A stretch of 62,822 nt of DNA, filler included, from Choristocarpus tenellus KU-1152 (lineage: Eukaryota > Protista > Phaeophyceae): assembly GCA_964200185.2 (NCBI GenBank). It is 13 parts of 13 records of this genome, joined end to end, with 100 filler letters (N's around TTAATTAATTAA, not from the genome) between each part and the next. Parts side by side here need not be neighbours in the genome. Positions count along the whole stretch, not along the records: positions 26,429 to 34,005 come from CAXNAD020005939.1; positions 34,106 to 36,710 come from CAXNAD020026346.1; positions 36,811 to 40,911 come from CAXNAD020016209.1; 10 more parts are not named here. One strand, given 5' to 3'. Made by a program: the position numbers and the translations under genes. The notes under the pieces are model-generated. The model ran no database searches. It was given only the letters and a program-made list of their open reading frames with translations, and was not told the DNA's origin. Positions 26,453-37,746 of this stretch are shown here, piece by piece. Numbering within the stretch: the stretch's first letter is position 1; each line of letters starts with the position of its first letter.

Positions 26453-27417
26453 CGTGTGTTTCAAGGGAGATAATCGCCAGGGGAAATTGTGTTAGCTTGC
26501 ATTCCATGGCGGTATAGTGGAGGTATCTAGTGTGACGAAGTTGGTGGTAGTAGAAGACAAGGTCGGGCAAATTTGTTGTAGTGTATGTGTCGATCAAGTG
26601 TTGAAGCTCATAACTGTTGAAACCTGATTTCATATGAGTTGTGCGTTGTTATAATTTGTCTGGTTTGTGACGAAGGAGATCACAGTGCAACAAAGTACTG
26701 ATGAAATTGTTCTGTGGTAGGTCTGATGGAATGTTTTACTCAATCAGACAATGTTCGATGTGAAAGTAGGTTTGGTTGTGCTGTGTGATTAACACGTTTA
26801 GAAACAGGTGTGTGTCATAGTGCAACAAGACACCTGAGGGTTCAGTCTGGTACGTCTGTGGCATGTTTTACTCAAAGCAGACTATGATTGATAAAAAGTG
26901 TGTGATCATTCATTGAGACGCTTAAACGAAGAAATTCAGCTTCTCTGTGAAGAGGGTTGTCACCTTGACTGAGAAGGATTTCGAAGGATGGTTTTAACTC
27001 TCTTTATATTGCATCCCGGCGTGTGTCTCATACATGTTTCAGAGTGAACAGGGTGTCTTACGAGGGGCAGTGCCAGTTAAGGAAGTAAAAAATATGAATC
27101 AACTCATGCTATGCAACCGATAACTTGCGTGAGAAAAGAAGAAGTAAGACGAGGAAGAAAGAAGTCAAGCTTGAATCCATATCATACGTAACTACTGTCA
27201 CACATGGCATGCCTGTATGAATGATAGGTAGAGCGACTGTTCCTTTACGTCCTATATACTGTGATCTTCTTGAGTGAGTTGTGATGATGAGGTAATGAGC
27301 TAATAATGATGTAAATGAGAATAGCGACCATTGCAATGGATAAATCAACGTTCAGGATGGACTGACGATACTGTATCGTATCAAAGCAAAACTGAATGGG
27401 TAGCCTATGTTTTAACG
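26453..27417 (-). mobile_element. Ty1/copia 5' LTR (26615-27417), PBS remnant and gag start
   Basis: The minus strand begins CGTTAAAACATAGGCTAC and ends TCAGGTTTCAACA|GTTATGAGC. The leader and ATG (MECKL..) are homologous to 32069-32200. Confidence 0.8.
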
Positions 27418-28387
27418 TGCCCTCTGCGTCAGGTTTTGGACGATTGTTCCTTACTCCCCTGAGAGGCTTGGAGAACTGCCATGGAGGAGTGCACGGGGAT
27501 TGGGCAAGTAAACTACATGTACGTCATGGACGCCTATCTCTCACTGTAGACAAAGTTAGAACGATATATCGTGTAGCGACCCCATTAGTCCCATGTACAG
27601 GCAATTATACACAAGAGAATAAACATTTCAACCAAAGCCAGACCTACCCATTCCTCCGGGAAGGTCTCCGTGCCGACTACATAGGAGAGCGAGATTGTGT
27701 CTGGCGTGAGTCTCTTGGCTGCCTCGTCTGAGAAACATGCGCAGGTACCTCCACAATGTCGTTCCACACGTGTTCTTGTGGACTCTCCCTTCTAAGGAGA
27801 GATAGTCCTTCCCTAGCCAGGACATCTGTACCTTGCACGGGGTTGCATCCTCATCTCCTGGCAGAGCTACACAAAAGGAGAGACGAACATATGCCATTCA
27901 GAACTGAGAAAAGTACGACGTGGGCTTATGATTGAATAAAAATATTGTTAGGAAGCACGGGTATCGCCCAGAGTTACGACGCAGATGCATCTGGATAGGC
28001 ATCAAATACTACCGGGATATGCTACCTGCGTCCTGTAGTTGTGGATAAACCCACCCTTGTTCCTGAGGGAGTCGATTGCCACATCCTCGTGTCCGTATTC
28101 CATCTCCACCAATAAATAAACAGGGGCACAAGCTCCTATTAGCAATTGAACTGGATTAGAAACTCTCGTCCCTATATCCTACTGTCAGACCACCAAAACA
28201 CTATTCCCCGTCCATATTCCAAAATGTCAAGCACACTGTCCACCTCCCCTCAACGGTCAATAATGATACCTCTGATATTGACATTCATCACTTTTTCACG
28301 GCCTTCCTACAAAATCACGTGTACACATTTTACAAATAGGTAGTCCAATCCCGAAACAGAGATTAATCTGGTCGATTTTTTAACAAT

Positions 28388-28609
28388 GACTCAAAGTATC
28401 TTAGAGGGTAGAGCTGTGTCTGTTCGGGGGCCAAAATCCAAAGATGCGATTTTCATGTAGTATTGGCTATCGTGTTGATTGTTGGGAAGTGTCAATATTC
28501 TTTGTTCTGGACACAACTTTTCGTAACGTATACATTTTACCTACTCCAAAACATTTCAGAGTAGTGAAATGTCATAGAGAAACCCTTGGGAAGCCAAGCC
28601 CCAAATGGA
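28388..28609 (+). mobile_element. MITE family A, 3'-truncated
   Basis: Left TIR and body present; ends after CCCCAAATGGA. Confidence 0.85.
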
Positions 28610-29100
28610 TTCGAAGTTTGCCCACCACTTCAGCCCCACCAACACCTTGACACCCTAGAATTGAACATGGCCACCCCTTGCCTTTTTATTTTTTTCGATT
28701 TTAACTACACATAAGGACACAAGTTTCCTCCCACTATTGGATTTATTTGGTGAATGCTTCCTTCTTGTTCTTGTTGAAAATGGCTACCACACATCTACTG
28801 CTCTCCCCTCTCATGCCCTCTATCAATCGAAATGCAATCATCTCTACAACACATACAAGTGCCACACCTTTCTACTTTACTGCACAACTCTTTCAAGCCT
28901 GGCAACGATCTTATTCATATACATTATTTCGCCTCAATGAGAGATGGTTATGATTAATTCCACAAGATAAATGTACACATCGATCAGAAATGATCGATAG
29001 TGTAGTCTCAAACGTTATTATCGCGATGTATCCACTTCTCCTTACACAGATGTTCATCGTCAACGTAGGTACACTCTCTACTACACCGCACACCATATTT

Positions 29101-29356
29101 GAGCCAAAGTATCTTAGAGGGTACAGCCGCGTCCATTTGGGGACCAAATCCAATGTCGCGATTTTTGATATTTTGGCTATCATTTTAATTTTGAAGTGTC
29201 AATATCCTTGTTCCAGACACGCCTTTTCATGACGTATACATTTTACCTAGTCCGAAACATTTTGAAGTAGGAAAATGTCATAAAAAAAAGCACGGGAAGC
29301 CAAGCCCCAAATGGACAAACAGTTCAAAACTCGTACCCTATAAGATACTTTCACTC
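29101..29356 (+). mobile_element. MITE family A copy, 3-bp TSD TTT
   Basis: TTT|GAGCCAAAG...CTTTCACTC|TTT. Confidence 0.93.
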
Positions 29357-30708
29357 TTTGTTCATACTGAAACTGTTATAAATTCAGTCGTCAATCAGTT
29401 GTTGTAATATACATGATACTAAGGAATGTGATGAGTAAGGACACGGACGATAGAGTTTGGTGGAGTGTGAGTGTGCGTGTGTGTGTGTGTGCGAACGTGT
29501 GTTCCTCAGAAGGCATTTATACATTGATACTTCATTGTGTATCTTGTTCAGGCAGGAATGAATTGTGCGAATGTTGTTGTGTCGAGATAGGAGGGTGTGC
29601 AATTTTACTACCAATGCTGGAAGGAGTGTGTATACAACTGGGTCAAAGGGTTCGATCTAGGTGGGGTCGTGTTGTGCACACACATGTTGTGGCCTGCATG
29701 ATTTGTGAGTATTATCGTGTCAAGACAGTCTCTACTATTTTTCTGGTCAATGTTGTGTAGTAGAAATAGTGGCTCACAGTTAAAGGTTTTGGGATTTACA
29801 CATTGTCCACCTGTGTAAAGGTACAACAACAAAATCTATGGTGATGGGTTCGTTTGAGGTCGTATGTAGTGCAGGGTCATATTCAAGTGTTGGGGAGAGG
29901 GCTGGTCATTGTTTTGATCCCAAGACGAGGGGGTACGACTTTATGAGGACAGCCTAAGGGTGTAGGAGGAAGTTGTTGAGATATGCGATGTTGTCCAGGT
30001 CTATTGTAGATATTTAGGGTGGTTCCAAATTAAACAAGGGGGAGAAAGCACAAGGGGTAGGGGTGTGGGACGTAGTCACTCCTTGTGTGGCGAGTGCTTG
30101 CATGCACACGCTGGACACAGAACATGCATGGTGTCTGTGTTCATGTCGAATATCAAAGGTGCACTAATTCCATACGGCAGAATATCGGAGAGTTGAATAT
30201 TTCAGATCACGCATGTGTCAGGATACAGGGTGGATGCGATTTGGGGGCGGCTGAGGTAAACTGCGCGGCTGTTCGAATGTTGACAGAGGGGAACTCTGCG
30301 ATGAGGAGTGCGCTGGTCGATATACGGTGTAGAAAGGTGTTTATGATGGTCATGCTTTCGACCATGTTCCTATGAGGGAACTTGCAACTGGTTTGAGAGA
30401 GACGCATTGAAAGAACAGGGCTGAATAATTTTTTTTACCATGAAGGGGTGCTACGTGGGGAGGAGTTGGCATAGAGTGAGAGTGTGAGATAGGACAAGTG
30501 AGAGGAGAAGTGTTCAGTTGAGGGTCGTGAGTACTGGGTTATACACTGCAAGGGGTAGATAATGGCGCGCACGTGTTGGCACATGCTACAGGAGGGGGAT
30601 TGATCATACAACATTCATCATGGGCGGTTGTCCGCCGAGAGTGGTTCTGGGATTCGTCTTATATGCATGCTCATGAATGATCTGGACAGAGCATGCGCAT
30701 TTCTTCTG

Positions 30709-31311
30709 TAAAAGATTCTTAGAGGGTAGAGACGCGTCCGTTTGGGGGCCAAAATCCAATGTTCCTACTTTGATGTATTTTTGGCTATTGTGTTTATTAG
30801 GAAGTGTCAGAGTGAAAGTATCTTAGAGGGTACGAGTTTCCCCTGTTTGTCCATTTGGGACTTGACTTCCCACAGGTTTTAAATGACATACCTACTCCTA
30901 AACGTTTTGGAGTAGGTAAAATTGTATATGTTATGAAAAGGAGTGTATAGAACAAGGGTATTGACATCACCTGACAAACATGATAGTCAAAATTATATCA
31001 AAATTATATCAAAATTGCAATATTGGATTTTGGCCCCAAAATGGACACGACTCTCTACCCTCTAAGATACTTTGAGACCCAAAGTATCTGGGGGGAGGGG
31101 GGGGTCAACCTCAGGGTGTTTATTTGACCCAAAATATGGAAAAGTGCATTTAAATTATCCATCTGACGTATGCAACCAAATCACCCAAAAATAGCGACAT
31201 GAAAAATTGACCCCAAATGAGCAGCCGCCACCCCCCCTCCCAGATACTTTGAGCCTGACTCGAAATTGTCCTACTCCAAAATGTTTCAGAGTAGGAAAAA
31301 TGTATACGCTA
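30709..31311. mobile_element. Nested MITE cluster: A fragment (+, 30709-30809), complete A (-, 30810-31261) carrying MITE B (31076-31255, TSD TGA) in its TIR, and an A fragment (31262-31311)
   Basis: CTT TGA|GACCC...GAGCC|TGA CTC. Removing B restores the A terminus CTTTGACTC. Confidence 0.88.
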
Positions 31312-34005
31312 TGTCTTAAAACATAGGCTACTCATTTGTTTCTTGCTGATATGATACACAAACTACCAGCTTGTACTGACTGTTGATTGGTGCACTGCAT
31401 GGTTGTTAGTGTTAATTTATTTATTCCGCATCCCAACTCATCATCACGTCGATGATAGTAGATAGAAGTATAGCATCAGTTGATATTCAGTTGATCCACA
31501 TCACACTCAGGAACACCATAGCACACGCCATCCAAGTTACTTCGGAACTTGCATCAAGTGCATTCCACTGTTATCTTGCGTTCCTTTTTTCTATTTTGTA
31601 GTTGTCTGCCATCTCTGTTCTTTCTTTTTATATGCAAAAGACCCCAGATGCACGGTAATTGTTGATTATTATTTTTTGCTTGATTGTCATTGTCCCCTCA
31701 CTGAGCACTTCAAGCTCACTCTGCAATAGTGCCCTTGACGCACACTTGGATGTAATACACACAGAGTTAAAACCATACACTGAAACCCTTGTCAGCCAAG
31801 GTAACAAGCCTCTTCGCAGAGCATGGACTTCTTTCATTGAGTATATCATGGAATAACACCGAATTCACATCACATCATTCTTAACTGAGAGACAAATGAC
31901 TTCAGTTGCAACAGAACAAATACATCAGTGCTTTACGTCGCAACCACATCTACTCATACCACAGACTACGCATCCTACTCATCGGTGCTTGCAACACCAT
32001 GATTCCTCTTCACTCGTAGTCTACGTATTTCGCTTACATATACAATGCATTCGATTCAGGTTTCAACAGGTTATGGACCTCAACACTTGGTCGACACATA
32101 CTACACCCAATCCTCCCGACCCTCTCTTGTACTGTCCCCATTTTTTCCCTCTCATCCCACTAGATACCTTCACGACCTCGTCATGGAACGCACCCTAAGT
32201 CTCCCCATCTTCACTGGCGATGACTCCTCCTGCGACACCTTCAAACTTGACTTCGTGGGCATCCTGAGCTGTGTTGCACCCAAGAGTCAAAGTATCTTAG
32301 AAGGTAGGGCCGCGTCCATTTGGGGGTCAAAATCCAATATTGCGATTTTGATGTAATTTTGGCTATCGTGTTTGCTAGGAAGTGTCAATATCCTTATTCT
32401 GGACACACCTTTTCATAACGTATACATTTTACCTACTCCAAAACATTTTGGAGTAGGGCATGTCATAAAAAAACCCATAGGAAGCCAAGCACCAAATGGA
32501 CAAACAGGGCATAATCTGTACCCTCTAAGATACTTTCCCTCCCAACACTTATTAAGTTCTGGTCCAGCGCCCGTCATGTCCCGCCGCTACCACCGCTTCA
32601 CCCACCACCACCTACGACAAGGACAGCGACCAGCTCTTCGGCATCCTTCTTGCTACCTGTCGTGGACCCGCGAAGGACTTACTACATGGACTCCAACATC
32701 GCGATGAGACCAACTGAACGATGGGTTGTCCGCATGGCAGGCACTGAAGTCCAAGTACGAAGAAGCCACAGAAGAAGGATGCGTGCAGTTCATCGTCGCT
32801 TCGAGAACTGTACCATCGAGACTGGCGAAGACCCCAACCAATGGCTCCTACGCTTCTACAAGGCCAAGGCGGAATTGGAGGGCTTCGGTGAAACCAACAG
32901 TGATTTTCGCCTGCGGGCTGCAATAATCTCTGGACTGTCGCCTGACTATGATGCGCTTCGCAGTCAAGTATGCTTCCAGTCTGAGTACTCCACTGAAGAC
33001 CTCACCACAGCCATTCGGGAAACGCATAACAATGACCTGAAAAAACTGACTCCTCCACTGATGGTGCTCCTAACCTTGCTCTGTCCACCAAGACACGCCC
33101 CTGTCGACGCTGTAAGCAACCTGGTCACCATCATTGCCGCTGCCCCAACCGTCCCTCCACTCCAGGCCTACCCCCACCTGCTCACACCCCACCAAACCAC
33201 ACCCCCTACCCACCTAATGGCATGTGGTGCTCCTTCCACATGACATCCACACACACTGACCAAGAATGCCGCACCCCAAAACGCCACCTTTCCCCACCGA
33301 CCGCCCCCCATCCAACTAATGCACCACCAACCATTTCCAACCAGACCGCCACCACTTCGATCACTACCTCAGCACCATCAGATGGCTGGTGTCCAGATGC
33401 AACTGGTCACTACTCTTACTGCTTTTCCACCACCATAACAAACCACATAACTCCAGTTCAAGATCCACAACCAACCGAACTCACCTCCTTTATAGTCGAC
33501 TCCGGCTGCACAACCCACATGGCCGATCCCACTCTCCTCACCACCCATCACCACTCTCTGTCCCATTTCACCACCATTGCCAACCCCATCACTGTCTCGG
33601 GTATTGGGAACCTGCATCTCACAGCACATCAGCAAACTCTCTTCATAGGATTGCTGCAGCATCCCCCATCCAGGCCTTCACACTCCACGTTCACTGTTCT
33701 GCTGGTACCTGTACTTGGTCGCCACTTGCACTCTGCTGCATGTGCTGCGGCGACTACTGGCTGGACCACCGTGATATCCCATCAACCGCACCTCATCAAT
33801 GGCAAGACCTGCATACCACTACGAACTCTAGGCTCCCTGTACTACCTGTACTTCTCTGCCTGTCCTGCCACCCCCTCACCACCCAAACCCTATTATCCCC
33901 ACTGTACTCCAAGCACCACCCATCCCCACTCCTTCCCCCCTCCCCCCTCCCACTGCACATTCCTTACCACCACCTACACCCTCCTCAGCATTTTCCACGC
34001 TCCTT
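31312..34005 (+). mobile_element. Ty1/copia retrotransposon 5' part: LTR 31312-32068, PBS 32069-32080, degenerate gag-protease from ~32183
   Basis: LTR TG...TTTCAACA and PBS GGTTATGGACC. Gag motifs WQALKSKYE and AIISGLSPDYD, zinc knuckle CRRCKQPGHHHCRC, WCSFH..H...EC, and protease FIVDSGCTTHM. Several frameshifts. Confidence 0.9.
32284..32541 (+). mobile_element. MITE family A copy in copia gag, TSD CCAA
   Basis: CCAA|GAGTCAAAG...CTTTCCCTC|CCAA. Confidence 0.95.
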
Positions 34006-34302
34006 NNNNNNNNNNNNNNNNNNNNNNNNNNNNNNNNNNNNNNNNNNNNTTAATTAATTAANNNNNNNNNNNNNNNNNNNNNNNNNNNNNNNNNNNNNNN
34101 NNNNNCGGCCCTATAGGTTCGGTGATCGATGGAGTCTCGACGGGGGGTTACCCTTGCTCGGTTGGGCAGTGTGGGGCGGACCCCCCCCCCCCCCCCCTCC
34201 CCTCCCCTCCCCCACAGATACTTTGAGCCCATTTCCTTCTTTTGTACCTACCCCATCGCTTTTTGTTTTCTTCTTTTTAGAGGTCAGTGCATCGAAACAC
34301 AC

Positions 34303-34464
34303 CTTGACCCTGACCCTAATCCTAACCCTAACCCTAAACCTAACCTCCAATCTATTTCAACGTGAGAAGGGAGGGGAATTATCTTTTTGGGGTTTGGGTT
34401 AGGGTTAGTGCACAACTGATGATGTTGTGGTTAGGGTTAGGGTTAGGGTTAGGGTTAGGGTTAG
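34303..34464. repeat. Interstitial telomeric repeats: (CCCTAA)-like 34303-34345 and (TTAGGG)n 34388-34408 and 34430-34464. Others lie near 16375, 16650, 44011, 44129 and 58865
   Basis: Directly visible TTAGGG/CCCTAA units. Confidence 0.9.
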
Positions 34465-34609
34465 AATGATGATGTTGTGCACTATCTCACAAATAACTCA
34501 TACTGCAGCAAGAGCCTAGACCAAAAAGAGTATCTTTTTTACTTTTACTTTTTTACTTTTTTTTTTTTCTTTGAAGTTGAGAAGTCTCGGTTGATTGAAG
34601 CACACTCTC

Positions 34610-34910
34610 CTATATACATTAATATATTCACATTATATATACATTAATATATATATACATTAATATATATACATTAATATATTCACATTATATATACATT
34701 AATATATATACATTATATATATACATTAATATATTCACATTAATATACTGAACCGGAGGGGCTATAAATACACATATATATATTCATGGAGTATATTATT
34801 GGTCAACTCTCTTCCTTTTCTGCCTCCGCTTGTAAATCATTGGTCAACACTCTTCCTTTTCTGCCTCCGCTTGCATATCATTTTGGTCAACACTCTTCCT
34901 TTTCTGCTTA
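34610..34910. repeat. AT-rich minisatellite (34610-34748) followed by three ~40-bp tandem copies (TTGGTCAACACTCTTCCTTTTCTGC...)
   Basis: Directly visible. Confidence 0.85.
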
Positions 34911-35115
34911 TGCTTGAAATATGTAGGAGTTTTTTTGTTGGATGAGCCAAACATGTGTATATGTAACAACTGCTCCGTACACCTCATTTTACTACTACCT
35001 CATACCACTACACAATTTGTTGCCAATTTTCCCCCTTCTCCTTTCCTTGGTGGTTCCTGAAGAATATGACTATCCAATGTGTGTCAGTGTTTCCCCTCTG
35101 CTAACCCCTTGGCAG

Positions 35116-35797
35116 TTCCTGAAGGCCAATATTCTATACAAGACCCTTGGGAAAACTTCGGTGACAGTGGTCAGGCAGTACTCAGCATATATTCACATCT
35201 TGGCTGTGCACATTGTTACCTTCAGCACGTCGGAGATCAACATCAGTTCTGCAACCAGGGAAAAGGTTTGCTGGGTGAGAGACAGAGTTAAAAAATAAAA
35301 TAAAATAAAATAAAATAAAATAAAATCTTGGAGGAAGGTGGGAGGGGAGCCAGTCGAAGTGGAAAGAAGAGGGTGATCTGAAATATTAATAAAAAAGTAA
35401 GGCGAACGTTCCAGGAACGACGCAACACATTTGCTGTGAACACAGAGAGACCTACTTCTAGGGGTCGGTCAGCGAGATCGTTAGGGCCTGAAAGGAGGTT
35501 CAACATGGAAAAAAAAAAAGAAAAAAAAAAAGGGCGCACACAGGTTACCATCCTCAAGCAATAGCAATCCCACGCAAGCTCATGAGTCCCTCTGCCTCCG
35601 TCCGTCCATGCTTGATGTCAACAACCCGCCATCCCATCGTTTCCCAAAAAAAAATTGGAAACGTTTGTCCTCCTCTTCACTCTCCTGTTCCCGTCCGAGA
35701 ATGGGGTATACCTTTTTTCCAGTACAAGCTATACTCTCGGTTCGCAGCGCTTACTCCTGCCCAGAGGATGCACCTGTTTGATTCAGCTGTTTCTGAG
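35116..35797 (+). CDS. RGS (regulator of G-protein signalling) domain, two internal exons 35116-35265 and ~35723-35797
   Basis: Phase-0 AG/GT-bounded exons encode FLKANILYK...HIVTFSTSEINISSATREK and YKLYSRF..RMHLFDSAVSE. These match the RGS signatures EINI.S.TR and FD.A..E. Confidence 0.72.
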
Positions 35798-35992
35798 GTA
35801 CGACTTTGCTTTGGGCACGGAGGAGGGGGGCCGGGGCCGCCTCTGCGTAAAAATAATAAATAAATAAAAATTATTATTTTTACAGTTCCATTCCGGTCGG
35901 TCTTGGGATGATTATACAGTGTGGAACTGCAAAAATAATAATAAATAAATAAATAATAAAAAGTATGCTTTTGAGCCTTCCTACGTGATTAT

Positions 35993-36323
35993 GAGTCAAA
36001 GTATTTTATTATTATTATTATTATTATTATTATCTTTTAGAGGGTAGAGCCGCGTCAGTCCGGGGACCAAAATCCAATGTTGCACGATTTATTTATTTTT
36101 TTTAATCTATTTTGGGGTGTCGTGTTTGTTAGGAAGAGTCGTTATCCTTGTTCCGGACACACCTTTTTCATGAAGTATATATACACTCTCTACCTACTCT
36201 GAAATGTTTTGGAGTAGGAAAATGTGATATAAAAAAATAAAATAAAAACTCGTGGAAAGCCAAGCCCCCAAATGGACAAAAAGGGCAAAGCTCGTACCCT
36301 CTCTTAATAAGATACTTTTACTC
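35993..36323 (+). mobile_element. MITE family A copy with (TAT)n expansion inside the left TIR, 3-bp TSD TAT
   Basis: TAT|GAGTCAAAGTAT(TAT)n...CTTTTACTC|TAT. Confidence 0.88.
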
Positions 36324-36810
36324 TATCATGTATTTCGGCTATACCAACCTCCTCTGTAATTATTTTTATTATTGAGGTGAAGGAAGCGGTTTGTGAGATT
36401 GTGGTCAGGTTTCTGTGCCCCCCCCCCCCCCTGAGAACAACTCCCCCCAGAACTTTACATACTTAAAATACATTGTATCAACATATTTTGGACAGTCCTT
36501 TCCTGAAAGAAGTGTCTCCCTGGTAGGCTGGGTTGTTGCCCCATCTCCAAAGTGCTTGCCCCAACAAGGCAAACCCCCCCTCCCCCCCTCCCCTGACTAA
36601 GAGCTGAGATTGAGGGAAGATTGCAGGACAAATTCATCCTGTTGTTTGAATGAGGGTAGGGGCCATGCTCTAGGGTCAAAGTATCCTTGGGGGGGGGGGG
36701 GGGGGGGGGGNNNNNNNNNNNNNNNNNNNNNNNNNNNNNNNNNNNNNNNNNNNNTTAATTAATTAANNNNNNNNNNNNNNNNNNNNNNNNNNNNNNNNNN
36801 NNNNNNNNNN

Positions 36811-37002
36811 GGTGTTTTATGACATTTTCCTACTCCGATATTTTTCAGAGTAGGTAAAATTTATATGTTATGAAAAGGTGTGTCCGGAGCAAGGATATTG
36901 ACACTTCCTCAAAAGCACAATAGTCAAAATTACATCAAAATCGGAACATTGGATTTTGACCCCCAAATGGACGCGGCTCTACCGTCTAAGATACTTTGGC
37001 TC
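36811..37002 (-). mobile_element. MITE family A, cut by contig start
   Basis: Body and one TIR present. Confidence 0.9.
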
Positions 37003-37523
37003 GGTTGTTTGGTGTAGTAACGTTGGGTATTACTTGGTACGATTCAAAGGAAGAGATTCATGCTCTCTGTGTAGAGGCTTGTCACCTTGTGAAGAAGGGT
37101 TTTTGTAATTAACTCTGAATATATTGCATCCAGTTGTGTGTGTCAGGTGCACTGGTGTAGAGTGAACTCGAGGTCTAAGTGGGGACAAATCCAGCCAGAG
37201 GATAAAAGAATCGACATGTAAGATGCAATTGGTGGTTGTTCAGATATTATAAAGATTAAAAACAAAGAAAAAAACTTGAATCAATATCTGAGACAACTCA
37301 TACGGCACACACTATGCTTGTGCGTTTGACAGGTATCGACTGTTCCATATTTGCTGTGCACCATGAGGTTGTAACGGTAGTGGATGATCCTATGACGAGG
37401 TATACCAATGATGGAAATGTGAGCAACGACCAGTACCGGAGTGCAAATCAATAGTCAGTGTGAACCGATAATACTGTGTCGTATCAATGACACAAAGGAA
37501 GATGAGTAGCCTGTGTTTTAACA
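37003..37523 (-). mobile_element. Copia LTR (same family), partial, downstream of the last visible exon of the HAS-like gene
   Basis: The minus strand starts TGTTAAAACACAGGCTACTCAT and is colinear with 26900-27417. Confidence 0.8.
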
Positions 37524-37746
37524 GTCGCCACCCTAAATTCGATTGTACAGCAAAATATATCGACTTTGGGTGCTGGCATGCATTGTGACGAAACAAGAGT
37601 GCAGCAGGTATTCTGGGGTTCTACATTTGTTTTTCACCTGCTTGCGAGGAGAGGTGGACTTTCAAGATGTTCGTGCAGTAAGAGTAGGTAAAATGTACAT
37701 CTTACAACGTCCTTACCATTCTCACAGTAGAGCAAACTTGACTGAC

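Noticed and set aside
27430-30660. Coding-like minus-strand fragments (27585-28140, 29400-30600)
   Set aside because: Multiple stops and no assignable domain.
34303-34464. True chromosome end or telomere fusion
   Set aside because: The tracts are short, degenerate and internal, and similar ones occur in several contigs.
35140-35172. KTSVTV peptide shared with the HAS-like exon
   Set aside because: Short chance match. The surrounding sequence is RGS-like.
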